From: Neoechinorhynchus agilis
Taxonomy: Eukaryota > Animalia > Acanthocephala
DNA: 64,000 nt
Reading direction: 5' to 3'
NCBI GenBank assembly: GCA_051530055.1
Contig: CM121341.1
Span: 5,806,784-5,870,783 of the forward strand
The notes under the pieces were generated by a model. That model had not been told where the DNA came from, did no database searches, and saw only the letters and a program-made list of their open reading frames with translations. Of this stretch, positions 37,751 to 49,080 are shown one piece after another (within the stretch, counting starts at the first letter, position 1; each line of letters opens with the position of its first letter). Position numbers and translations under genes: made by a program.

Positions 37751-39927
37751 ATGAAGGAACAACAACACCACATAAAGGACGAGGAATTTCACTTGTATTT
37801 GCGTGAAGTGATTGAACGTAAGAGACGTGAAAAGAAGCTGGGGCGTTCAATTTCATTGATAGTTGAAAATTTCTTCAGCTACGGTAATCTGATGCACTTT
37901 TGGATGATAGTCTGTGTGCTCACCATCGCATTCTTGGCTCGATCGAACGACAGTTTCTATTTAACGTCCGTACTCAGTGAGCGACTTGGTCAAGAGCTCC
38001 TGCGGTCAGTCCGAACGACCGCTGACTTTTGGAATTACTTGGACAGTTTGGTTGATCGATATTCGTTTCCGAAGAAACGTTGGATTGCGGAGATGGTTCA
38101 AGGTAAGAAGTCCGTTAAAAGACCGAGTGACGAATGGTCATGGGTGGCCAATGAGAACGCTGTGTGTGGCATCATACGAATGAGGCAACTTCGAGTTCGC
38201 CGATCTATTTGCCTCGATCAAACCGAATGCTTTCCTACTTATGTAAGAAGCAATAGTTTCGAAGATACAGAAAGCTTTTTCCTGACCGCCTATGACATTG
38301 TCCGTTACTCGCGTTTTACACATTCTACTCCAATGTACGGACAAGGCGGCGCTACGTATGGCGTTGGTGGCTATGTGGTGAACCTGAACACGAGCCGAAT
38401 ATTCAACCGTCATCTTATCCAAAAATTAAAGCTGACTCCTTGGATCGATCGAGGTACGCGAGCCGTGATCATTGAACTAACCATCTACAACGCAAACGTA
38501 AATCTTTTTTGTAGCATCAGCGTTCTATTCGAGTTCCAGGCACAGGGTGGCACCGTAGCGTGTGCCAAAATTAAACCGGTCAAGATTATTACCTATCACA
38601 ATATCAAGGACTATTTCTTGCTTGGATTCGAACTGATCTATCTGCTTATAGTTGTCTATAATTTCATGGCTGTATTTGTTGCAGCACTGAATAGTTCGTT
38701 CTCGTACGTTTTTATGAAAGAGAGTACAAAGATCGCGTTCGAGGGGGCTGATTCTTTTAAAACATCCACATGATCTTTAATAGATGGAACGTCTTTGACG
38801 TCATGATAGTAATACCGACCTTCTACGTTATCAGTCTTAAATTTCGCCTCCTCTATGCTAGATTTACAAAGATTCCAAACCTTGAGACGTGGAACTATGG
38901 GCACTTTCCTCTTCAGAAGGAAGCCGACGTTTACGTCCGCTACATGGACACAATGGGTATTCTTATATTCCTTAATCTCATGAAAACGTTTAAGTACTTT
39001 GGATTAAGTGTGATTCTCGATGAACTCACAAGAGCAATAACCGGATCCATATTTCACGCTCTCAGTTTTTTGTTTATGTTTTGTACTGTTTTCATTGCGT
39101 TTGCTTTCTGGGGGTTTCTTCTGTTTGGAACCAAGCTTCAAAATTACAGAAGCGTCACTTTGAGCGCATATTCATTGTTCGAGATCGTCCTTGGAGAATG
39201 CGACTATAGTCAATTCATGAGAGCCCATGGTCTATGGGGACCGATTTTCTTCATCCAATACGTTTGTTTCGTCTTCTTCGTGCTCATTAACGTTTTTGTC
39301 GCCCTTGTAAACGAAGCGTACGTGATTGCCAGAGATGAGTCTGAATTGGCCCATTCGCCGGAGCATTTAAATTGGAAATCAAATGATGATTAGCTATAAA
39401 AAGAATTATTCGAAAAATCGTCATTTGATCGACGAGCTCGGGCGAGGAAGTTCCCTGTAAATTATGAAGGCCTAAAATCGTTTCTAAAACGACTCTTTGG
39501 CAAACAAATTGACGATAACAGCGAACTCGTCGACGAGTTCATGGAAACCTTCGATAGAGACAAAAATAAGTATATTACGTTCGATGAATTAAGAAGTAAG
39601 CTCGCTGAACGAGGTTACAGTCCACATGAAATTGAAGAAGTTTTTCTTAGCTACGATCTTGACGAAAACGTCAAGTTAGACGTTGATGAAATTCATCGAC
39701 TAATCAATGACGTGGAAAAAGTGAGGAAGTCGTACAGGAAAAAAAGCAAAAAGACCGATCATGTCGAAGAGTCGATCGAAATTGTCAGAAAAAATTTAAA
39801 GGAATTCCTCACCGAAAATACAGTTTCACTGGCAGAATACGAACAAATGACCAGACGAATCGCAAAAATCACCGATGATCTCAATCGAATGATGAACAAA
39901 GTAAAAAAATCCGATGATCGACAATAA
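37751..39927 (+). CDS. PKD2/polycystin-2-like TRPP channel; three exons
   Basis: TOP domain (GIIRMRQLRV, WIDRGTRAVIIELTIYNANVNLF), WNVFDV, FGTKLQNYRS, GPIFFIQYVCFVFFVLINVFVALVNEAY, C-terminal EF-hand and coiled coil. Confidence 0.92.
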
Positions 39928-40470
39928 ACAATTTTCTGGCACAGATGGTGACGTCAGATCGTTTTTCAAAAAAAGAACTTAATTATTTAAAAACAACTGC
40001 GGTTTAAAGCCTTTTTAACATCGCCCGAATAAAAAAATTTGGAAAGAGAAGGCCGTCGCTCATTATTCATCATCCAAAAACGCTGCTCCACAGAGAACAT
40101 TTTTAGAGTTTGAATCTCAATTTTTCGCACTATACGAACAATTAACGAGACGAATCACAAAAAATCATCGACGACATTAATCGAATGCTGGACAAAGTCA
40201 AACAACCAAATCCGATGATCGGCAATAAACGAAATGATCGAACCATGATTCTTTCGTGGTCTATTTTGTCTAGCACTGTGACGTCAGATCGTTTTTCCAA
40301 AAAAAGAACATTTTTTAAAACTACTGCGGTTTTAAACCTTTCAAAACCTCGTCGTGCTCTCTCTCTGTTTTTTATAAAAAAAATTTGGAAAGAGGAGGCC
40401 GTCGCTCATTATTCATCATCCAAAAACGCTGCTCCACAGAAAACATTTTTAGAGTTTGAATCTCAATTTT
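39840..40470 (+). repeat. Tandem duplication (~330-bp period) of the PKD2 last codons plus 3' UTR
   Basis: atccgatgatcg..caataaac, gtgacgtcagatcgttttt and aaaaaatttggaaagag...aatctcaatttt each occur twice. Confidence 0.85.
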
Positions 40471-40705
40471 CTGTACCTCGCGAAAAATACCAATAAAATA
40501 AATTTTATTCGTTCTCACTTTTTCCTTTTTCAATTTTCTATCGCGAATTCGGCGCAGGGTCAACATCGCGTATCGATTCTGAGTGGCACGAAATCGTGGT
40601 CATATCTTTTTATTTTGGACGTATTTCACCGCTCCATAATCAAAAAGCGCCGTAAAGTTTTGGGCAAATGTGTTTTTTTTACTGAAACTCCCAAAATTCC
40701 CTTAG

Positions 40706-41850
40706 ATGCCGGGTAGCTCATTTTGTGGTCGAACTTTGATGGTCACTAATTTTCCAATACCATTTGACACTCAAAGACTGTCGGAATTTCTCGAGACGAA
40801 ATTCAACGCCCAGCGGTTATGTACGTTCGATTGCCGCAGTCGGCTACGTCGAACGATTTTTATCGAATTTCCAAATGAGATATTGGCAAGACGGTGCATG
40901 TGTGCCCTCCATCAGCGCGTGCTCAATGGTCGTTTATTGTGTGTGAGATTCGCGAGATATGGCGGATTAAGGGACGAAGAAGAGGACCCCAACGAGCGGA
41001 CGACTGGCCAAAAAGTGGTGAATTTGTCCGAAAATGAGCTCGCGTTTCTGAAAAGAAAGCGTAGTCTCTCAATTGAAAAGAAATGCATAAAAGTTGATGA
41101 GCGGATCAAACACTGGTGTCCTTCGTCGGACCTGCATACTCAACAATGCGGTGAATTTGGGAAAATGAAGGTCCCCGAAAAGGATATTATAGCCAAAACT
41201 GTACGCAAATCGTCGTTAGATCTCGGATTCCGTCGCGTTGTGCGCAAATCTGAAGGATTTTTGTTTCCTGTCTGATTCGCCAAAATTTCTGACTTTTTCC
41301 GACTCGGCAACATTTGATTTGCACCTTTTTGGGGAATAACGTTAGCTAAAATATGGCCCTCTAAGTCTTCTGAAATCGTTTATGATGCAAATACAAAAAT
41401 CCTTTTAGGGTCGATACTCGTTGGCAATCTGTACCGATCATTAAAGTCTTGGGCTTTATAGCGTAATTTTTTGATTGTAACTTTGAAAAAAGAGAGGATT
41501 TAACGGTGAACGAAATCCGTGATGCACCAGAACCATTTACAGGAGCTCAATTGTCTGCTATGAATCGCCTAAAAGATTATTCTCCAATTCAAAACCAATG
41601 TCACCGACTGTACATCAAAAACCTGTCAAAGCAAACCAATCAAATTGATCTGTACCAAATATTCGGTAGTTTTGGAATATCCGTGGATGATATTTGCCTT
41701 CTAACCAAAGGAAAGTTGCGCTCACAAGCATTCGTGACTTTTAAAAACATCGACGATGCACGAAATGCGCTCACCACTTGTAACGGAATCGTCTTCAAAG
41801 GAAAATCTATGAGTATTGATTTCGCACGATCAGCAGCTCCTAGGACATGA
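40706..41850 (+). CDS. RNPC3: U11/U12 snRNP 65K protein (two RRMs); two exons
   Basis: RRM1 TLMVTNFP...TIFIEFPNE...LHQRVLNGRLLCVRFA; GEFGK linker; RRM2 CHRLYIKNLSK...DICLLTKGKLRSQAFVTF...NGIVFKGKSMSIDFARSA. Confidence 0.8.
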
Positions 41851-41872
41851 TTGAAAAATCGTCACTTTATTA

Positions 41873-43374
41873 TTATTGATCAATATCCATTTTAGCACTT
41901 CCATTAATCACATCCGGTGAGAGGAACATTCCAGATTCTGGTATCGAACCTTTCGGAAGATTGGAAATAGTGATGTGTAGGACTCCGCTTGGATCAAGTC
42001 CAAGACTGGCTAATGTTTTTTCCAAGATATCCTTGCTGTCTTGAGTTGTTGTTCTATAAGTGAATTTTATGCCCACATTCGCACTGAGCTCGAAATCCAG
42101 CGAAGAATCAATAAAAATGGATTTTACGCTAAGACGTCTCAAAGCAAAGAACCCTAATTAGTAAGCGTTCGATTAATTGAATTTTTAAGGGATTGTAAAA
42201 TCAGAAAATAGTCGAAACTGCGTGTGTGTGTGTGTGAATCTAGACTCTTGTTTTTTTCGAAAAAACCTTGGCCATTAACTGAGACGGATTATTCTACATA
42301 TTCGACAAGATTCTCCACCCGTTCATATGGCATGAACCTCGCATCTACGCATGCTCCGTCCGGTAGCCTAAACCGGATTCTAGTAAACTCCGTCCTTCTG
42401 GGAGGTTTCACAGCAGCAGCGGCCGCCTCCCTTGCATGCTTGGTCATAAGCTGAGATTCAAGACTGGCTTTTGACCGAGTTCGCTCTTCGTGTTTCTTGA
42501 AATCCTCGACTGTTAGATCAAAAAAGGCGTCATTTAAATCGTCAAAATCCTGGCGTCGTTCAGAAGCAGCTGAAAATCTTGTTTTCCGGTAAGCTTTAAA
42601 GTGGAATTCAGGGAACGGACCAGCCAGTACATCTTCCAAAATTTCCAGAAATTCATGGTCTTCATTGTTCAAAAGCCAAAACTCTTCGCCGTTCTCTTGT
42701 TCTTTTAACTCGAATCCCATAGTCGGCATAAGATCTTTAATGAAACGCATTTTGCCAAGTGTGCCATCATAGACTTTGTTCCCAAGACGAATTTGCTTGT
42801 ATTTTCCAACATCGGGGTTCTGTCTAATATTCTGTATATATTTTAAGAGAATATCACGAGCCTTATTGATACCGTCTCGGTTGACGTTAACAAACAGAGT
42901 CCAAATAATTGAAAATCTATCAAATCGAGAAACTGGTTGATTCCCGACTTCCTTAAGGATTTTTTCTTCAATTGCTTCTAATAATTCCGTTCGACTCAGA
43001 GGTGATTCTATTAAAGGATAATCACAAGTCCACAGCATCGGTTCTTGCACCACTTTCACGATGGCTACATCAGGTTTTCGAGCAGCTTCTCGTTCCATTT
43101 CGCGTAAAACTTGCCGTCTGATTGCACTAAGACCGCTATTCATTTCAGCATCTCTTTTGCGAGCTTCTTCACGTTTAGTCTCAGCTTCAACCGCCGCTGC
43201 ACGACGAGCAGAATCACGATCTTCTTGAGTCAAGGAAGCACTTTTCTCCGAATCTAATTTAGCTTATTCTCCGCTCCCCTGAGAAGTTCGCTACGATAAC
43301 CGATGAGGCTGACCAGCTCGCCTGAACCGAGCGTCTAACTTCTTCTTTTTCAGTGCTTTCCGAATATTATCCAT
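41873..43374 (-). CDS. UBXN6: UBX domain protein 6 (PUB + UBX); three exons
   Basis: N-terminal RFRRAGQPHRL and AARRAAA; PUB domain LLKYIQNIRQNPDVGKYKQIRLGNK; FFDLTVEDFK; UBX RIRFRLPDG...KTLASLGLDPSGVLHI. Confidence 0.85.
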
Positions 43375-43599
43375 TGCCGTTTGTTTGTTCAAAAATGCTT
43401 TGAAAAGAGACTTTTTTTACAAATTCTTCCAGAATAATACGACATTTGAGCAGGATTATAATAATTGATTGATTTTTAATGATTCCCAGAACTTCGCATA
43501 GGCCTTCGTCCAGTCTATTGCTTCCAAGTTTTTTCAAGTGTGAAAGAGGGCCGAAAATCATCAAAACTAAATCAATTATTAAATTTTTTTTCAATCGCT

Positions 43600-45190
43600 T
43601 AATTTTTTTTATAATATAAAATTAAATCGTCCCCCGGACGCTGACCGCATTTCCTCGTTGGATTGCGAGGCTTATTCTTTGTATCAGGAAAATCCTCTCG
43701 CGTCGCTCCCCTGTTTGTGCTGCAAGTCGTCGTCCGAGTTCGGCACAAAAGCTTCGTGCCGAAGATCCCAGCGCCCCTTGTGTCGCCACGCCGAAAGGAA
43801 GGAAAATGTAATTTTGTTTGAGCTCATTGTATTTCTCCGCTTTCCTCCTTTCGGCGGCACTCGCTGCTCCTCCCGTCTCCGCTAAAGCATCTTGCCGGTT
43901 GGACAGGGCGAGTGAGTCCACGCATTTTGCGTCCCAAATTAGACTCTTCCCTTCTTTCCAAGGGAAAACGGTTATACCGTCTGGACGCTTACCATCCGAG
44001 CGACAGAGGTGATTGGGCTCCAGGATGGTTGGAACGTGGATCGAGTTCAGAGCTCTGCTAATGATCGCGTTGACATCGACAGAGAAAATCCTTCGGGTTA
44101 GTCAAAGCATATTATTTTGGTCAAAATAATCCGCCGGTCATGATTTATAGGGGAAATATTTCGAAAGAGGAGGTAACCTCGCCTCATCAGTCATCTAAAA
44201 ATGGGTTTTTCACCTTAAAGTTTTAAGCTCGAGTGAGCGGGATCGCCAAACTCGAAGTTGGGGGACTAATTATCCGCTCCGCGCATTCGAGCTTAAAACT
44301 TTAAGGTGAAAAAGCCATTTTTAGATGACTGATGAGGCGAGGTTACCTCCTCTTTCGAAATATCTCAAATAAATCAAATAAGTTACGACCGGGAGTATAT
44401 TCACCAAAATTATAATTATTAAATTCGTTGGTGGATGATAGAATGCGAACTGCGCCTCACCATCGGCGAGTTTAGAAGACACTCTCCGGGTCATTGAACG
44501 GGTTGAAACTCGGCTCGGATTCTGTGGCTTTGAAAAATCTCCCCTAAAAATGCGAGCTTTGCGTAGGACATCTCCAAACGAATTGTCGAAGGAGGACACC
44601 CGGCTTTTGATGAGGGTAACAAGGGACTCGTCAGACGGAACTCCAGCACACCAGTCTCGGGAATGCGAAAAGGCGTAGATATTTTGGTATTCGTCTCGAG
44701 ACAGTCGTTAACCTCGAGCGCCCTTTGGGATCCGTTTCAAGATGTTTCTGGGTAGCGCACGATCTCCAGCAACGAAGAGGTGCAATAAACGATGTTTTGG
44801 ATGTTCGGACGAGGTTCAGTGAGCTGAGGAGCAGAGTTTGTTAGCAGAAGACCAACACATCGGGAATCCCTTGGGCCGTGAGTCCAAAATTCTCCCGATT
44901 TCGTAAATGTTGAGACCTTCGGATATCGGGCATCGTTGGCCTCACCTCCCAGAGTACTTGAAATTTCCGTTTGCCGCTTGTTCTCTACTGGTTGTTCGGA
45001 CCAAATTTGATTTTGTGAATTTGCAGCGTCGGTCCTCTCGTGAGAGGGTTTGTGTCCGCAGCGACGGGCGTGGCCGGTGCGGCGAATCGTGGTTTGGTGA
45101 GGTGGTTAAGTCCCGAGTGGAGCGAGGGGACGGCGGTGGAATCGTTGACATGCCGATTGCTTGTAAGTTTTTGATAATTCGCTATGAAAA
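43600..45190 (-). mobile_element. Internally deleted CRE-like RLE non-LTR retrotransposon; no RT domain seen
   Basis: 5' pieces KRIPKGAR and GAVRILSS; 3' RLE region EPNHLCRSDGKRPDGITVFPWKEGKSLIWDAKCVDSLA...ISLAIQRGNA, then TAA and an A-rich tail. Confidence 0.8.
44110..44410. mobile_element. Foldback/MITE with ~76-bp near-perfect core inverted repeats (44156-44363) and degenerate outer arms
   Basis: atatttcgaaagaggaggtaacctcgcctcatcagtcatctaaaaatgg...aagctcga is mirrored at the other end. Confidence 0.9.
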
Positions 45191-45906
45191 AAAGTAAATG
45201 ATGAACATCTTTACAAAATCAACATAATCGAATTTGAACACGAAAAAGCTGATGAGAATTCATTGAGTCCAACGACTTTGATCTTTAACAATGTTCAAAA
45301 AATTGAATTGTTCGATCGGATTTTGTCTCTCTCGTTAAACATAAAACTCTTTTGAAGACATCTTCGATCTGTCAAATATCAACTTGAAAAAAAGGGATCC
45401 AATGTAACCACGTATTGGTTTGCTAATGAAGAAAATCCTGCTTTTATAGGTTTCGGTTGGGAAACAATAGCTTGAAAGTGTTTTAAAAACAACCACAAGG
45501 ACGTTTTTCCTCTAATGGACAAAAACAGAAGCCCGAACGCAATTTTCGTTAAATTTGGACTATTTCCATATATATATTGAATGGTGGTTGTGATGAACAT
45601 AATCCCCGCCCCCCCAAGTGCAGAACATATCCTTGGCTATCCAGCGAGGAAACGCAGCGAGTGTCTTGGGGACGGTGAAGGACAATTGAGAATAATATAA
45701 GTTAATAAATTTCTTAAGTATTAAAGATAATAAGGAAATATTTCGAAAGAAGAAAAGCTTCTTTTTTGTTTGAATATCAATTTTTGTTGGCATGATAAGC
45801 AAAGAACGCACTGAGAAGAGAACAAGATTAGAATTGTTTACGAGTCTCTCAAAAACGTGGTGATCTTCACGAAGCGCTCACGTTTGTGTGTTTCGATTTC
45901 GAACTC

Positions 45907-46892
45907 ATGAAGCCGCAAAGTCCATTGAGTAATTTTGAGATCCTTCAAGACGCATTACGGAGATCTTTTCCGGTCAACGTTCCTCGACGTTTGGCAAAAT
46001 CATTTGTCTACGTTCCTCCATCTTACGAACAAGATTTCATATATTATATCACGGACTTGGTTCTTCGTTCCTTGGTGATCCTCGCATCGCTCGTTCTCAT
46101 CATTGACGTATTTGCGAACAGTCAATCTCGGAATGTCCGTAACAAACTGCTCGTTACGTTGGCGATCTATACATTCGATTGGGTTTTTGTTTCCCCCAAA
46201 AAACTCCTAATCGACTGTTTTACAACGTGTGCATGTTTATTCTGTTGATCATAAGAGAAGAAGTCAAAATGAGCGATACCGCTGAAACTGTCCTTTTAGC
46301 CGTCATGTTGTTCTTCTCACTAAACCAATCGTGTCTCCTACTCGCAAGTTCATTCGATGCTTTATTGATGTTTACGCCATTTCGTTGGTCCACGTTCGTT
46401 GAACACCGAGTCCTGTGTTACGTGGCCGCTTCAACGACCCTTTCAATATTCATCCCAATCATCTTCACCGAACTCAGTCTCGACATTCACTCGTTCGATC
46501 CAACGGTCGATATGTTCAAAGCTGAATTCTATCTACTGCTCAATTTCATCCCAAACACCGTCATTCTGGTCATAAACAGTCTCGTTTGTTTCCTCGTTTT
46601 TAGACAAATACGAGGATCATTCGTCAGCTCAAGACACATAAGAGAATCCGATGTCGCACTCGAAATCAAAGCGTACCTCCGGTTATTCCTAACGTCCGGC
46701 ATATGCATCCCTCTCAGTGGATGCGCTTATCTCCTCTCAAGCACAAACCTAAAAGTCATCCTTCTTGTCTTTTTCGCCTTTCCAAATATCGCCATCTTCC
46801 TCTTTGCGGCCAATCTAAGACAACTCCAAACAAGCGCAATCGCACACATCACCGAAAAATATCCTTGTCTCTCCCTTAAATCTCACAAATAA
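45907..46892 (+). CDS. Divergent 7TM receptor-like protein; two exons around a ~47-nt hairpin
   Basis: About seven hydrophobic segments across ORFs 45886-46248 and 46179-46892; TM7-like FAFPNIAIFLFAA. Confidence 0.6.
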
Positions 46893-46987
46893 ACCTTTTT
46901 TTGGCCTGAACTCTTTTTCTCGAACAATGATCGATTCAGTCGCAAGAGAATCGCGGAGAAGCTCAATGACCAACGAGATTAACATTG

Positions 46988-47402
46988 CTGATAAAGGTGA
47001 AGAAAATAAGAACTGAGAAATTCGATTTTATTGTGAATTTTCGGCCTTAGCGTAGGCCTTCTTCAGACTATTGCTTGTAAGTTTTTAGTACACTTTTCTG
47101 GTCCGTTCAACAAATCGATTACTTTCACCACCTTCATCCTTCACTTTTTCTCCTTTAATTTTCTTAATTTCTCTAACAAACTCCTTGAATCCTTCATCGT
47201 CTTTCACATCACCTAACAGCTCGTCCACCATTTTCCGTCTTCTCATAAACCCATCTCCATCCTGTTTAGACGGGTTGGTGAGTAGCAGCGATGTTGCGTC
47301 TACGAACAAAAGCAATAGTCTGAAGAAGACCTACGCTAAGGCCGAAAATTCACAATAAAATCGAATTTCTCAGTTCTTATTTTCTTCACCATATTTTATC
47401 AG
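46988..47402. mobile_element. Foldback element with 80-bp inverted repeats (46996-47075 and 47311-47390, one mismatch) and a ~235-bp spacer
   Basis: ggtgaagaaaataagaactgagaaattcg...cagactattgct is mirrored; 8 more bp pair outside a 4-nt bulge. Confidence 0.88.
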
Positions 47403-47913
47403 ATTATAAACTCTGTCTTCATAGCTTGGGTTAAGGGGATTCCTCGTCCATTCATCCCTTGCGATGAATTCTCCCGACGGCCTTGAAGCATTTTGAACCA
47501 TTTGACATGCTCGGCACAACTATGGCGAAAAACTTCGATACCAATCTTAACATTGGCGTTGTAGTCGCCTTTTTTGATTCTTAAATTACGGACACACGCA
47601 GCCAACACCGATTTCGGGGATCAGACCAGCGTCCAAATAACAAATCAGCTAAAAACGTATTGAAACACAACTTCCAGAGTCGTGCAATGACGTAATCAAT
47701 GACGTCTTTACCGAATCACAAGCACGGAAGAATCGTAGCGCACAGGTTTCCGAGTTCGGATCCTTTTCTAGAATTCGAATCTCGAGGCGGGACAAAAAAT
47801 AGCCATATCAGGTTCTAAAAAATGGGGAATGGTAGTTTCCGGTCGTCGTCTTTCACCGCAAAATAAGTTAAGAGTCATTCCTATGCCCAAGTTATTCTGG
47901 AGAAGTGATGATC

Positions 47914-48998
47914 AATTTGTTTTTGCTTTCTCGTCTCAATACCACACGGTCTTCCGATATCGATTTTATTCCAATAATGATTGTGTTTTGTTTACCTTGA
48001 TTAAATGAAAGTATTGCCATTTGATCGTCGGATAATTAATTTGTTTTTGCTTTCTCGTCTCCATACCACACGGTCTTCCGATATCGATTTTATTCCAATA
48101 ATGATTGTGTTTTGTTTACCTTGATTAAATGAAAGTATTGCCATTTGATCGTCGGATAATTAATTTGTTTTTGCTTTCTCGTCTCCATACCACACGGTCT
48201 TCCGATATCGATTTTATTCCAATAATGATTGTGTTTTGTTTACCTTGATTAAATGAAAGTATTGCCATTTGATCGTCGGATAATTAATTTGTTTTGCTTT
48301 CTCGTCTCATACCACACGGTCTTCCGATATCGATTTTATTCCAATAATGATTGTGTTTTGTTTACCTTGATTAAATGAAAGTATTGCCATTTGATCGTCG
48401 GATAATTAATTTGTTTTGCTTTCTCGTCTCCATACCACACGGTCTTCCGATATCGATTTTATTCCAATAATGATTGTGTTTGTTTACCTTGATTAAATGA
48501 AAGTATTGCCATTTGATCGTCGGATAATTAATTTGTTTTTGCTTTCTCGTCTCCATACCACACGGTCTTCCGATATCGATTTTATTCAATAATGATTGTG
48601 TTTTGTTTACCTTGATTAAATGAAAGTATTGCCATTTGATCGTCGGATAATTAATTTGTTTTGCTTTCTCGTCTAATACCACGGTCTTCCGATATCGATT
48701 TTATTCCAATAATGATTGTGTTTTGTTTACCTTGATTAAATGAAAGTATTGCCATTTGATCGTCGGATAATTAATTTGTTTTTGCTTTCTCGTCTCCATA
48801 CCACACGGTCTTCCGATATCGATTTTATTCCAATAATGATTGTGTTTTGTTTACCTTGATTAAATGAAAGTATTGCCATTTGATCGTCGGATAATTAATT
48901 TGTTTTTGCTTTCTCGTCTCCATACCACACGGTCTTCCGATATCGATTTTATTCCAATAATGATTGTGTTTTGTTTACCTTGATTAAATGAAAGTATT
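47914..48998. repeat. Tandem satellite, 124-bp unit, about 8.7 copies, ending just upstream of CHMP5
   Basis: cacggtcttccgatatcg at 47945, 48069, 48193 and onward. Confidence 0.97.
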
Positions 48999-49080
48999 AC
49001 AATTCTTATAATTCGCCATGGAAAATGTAATTGATGAACATGTTTACAATATTGCCGAATATAGCGACTTTTCAAGATAT

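Noticed and set aside
15145-48998. CRISPR-like reading of the tandem arrays (239, 85, 85 and 124 bp units)
   Set aside because: Units are contiguous and near-identical with no unique spacers, no cas genes are present, and the context is eukaryotic.
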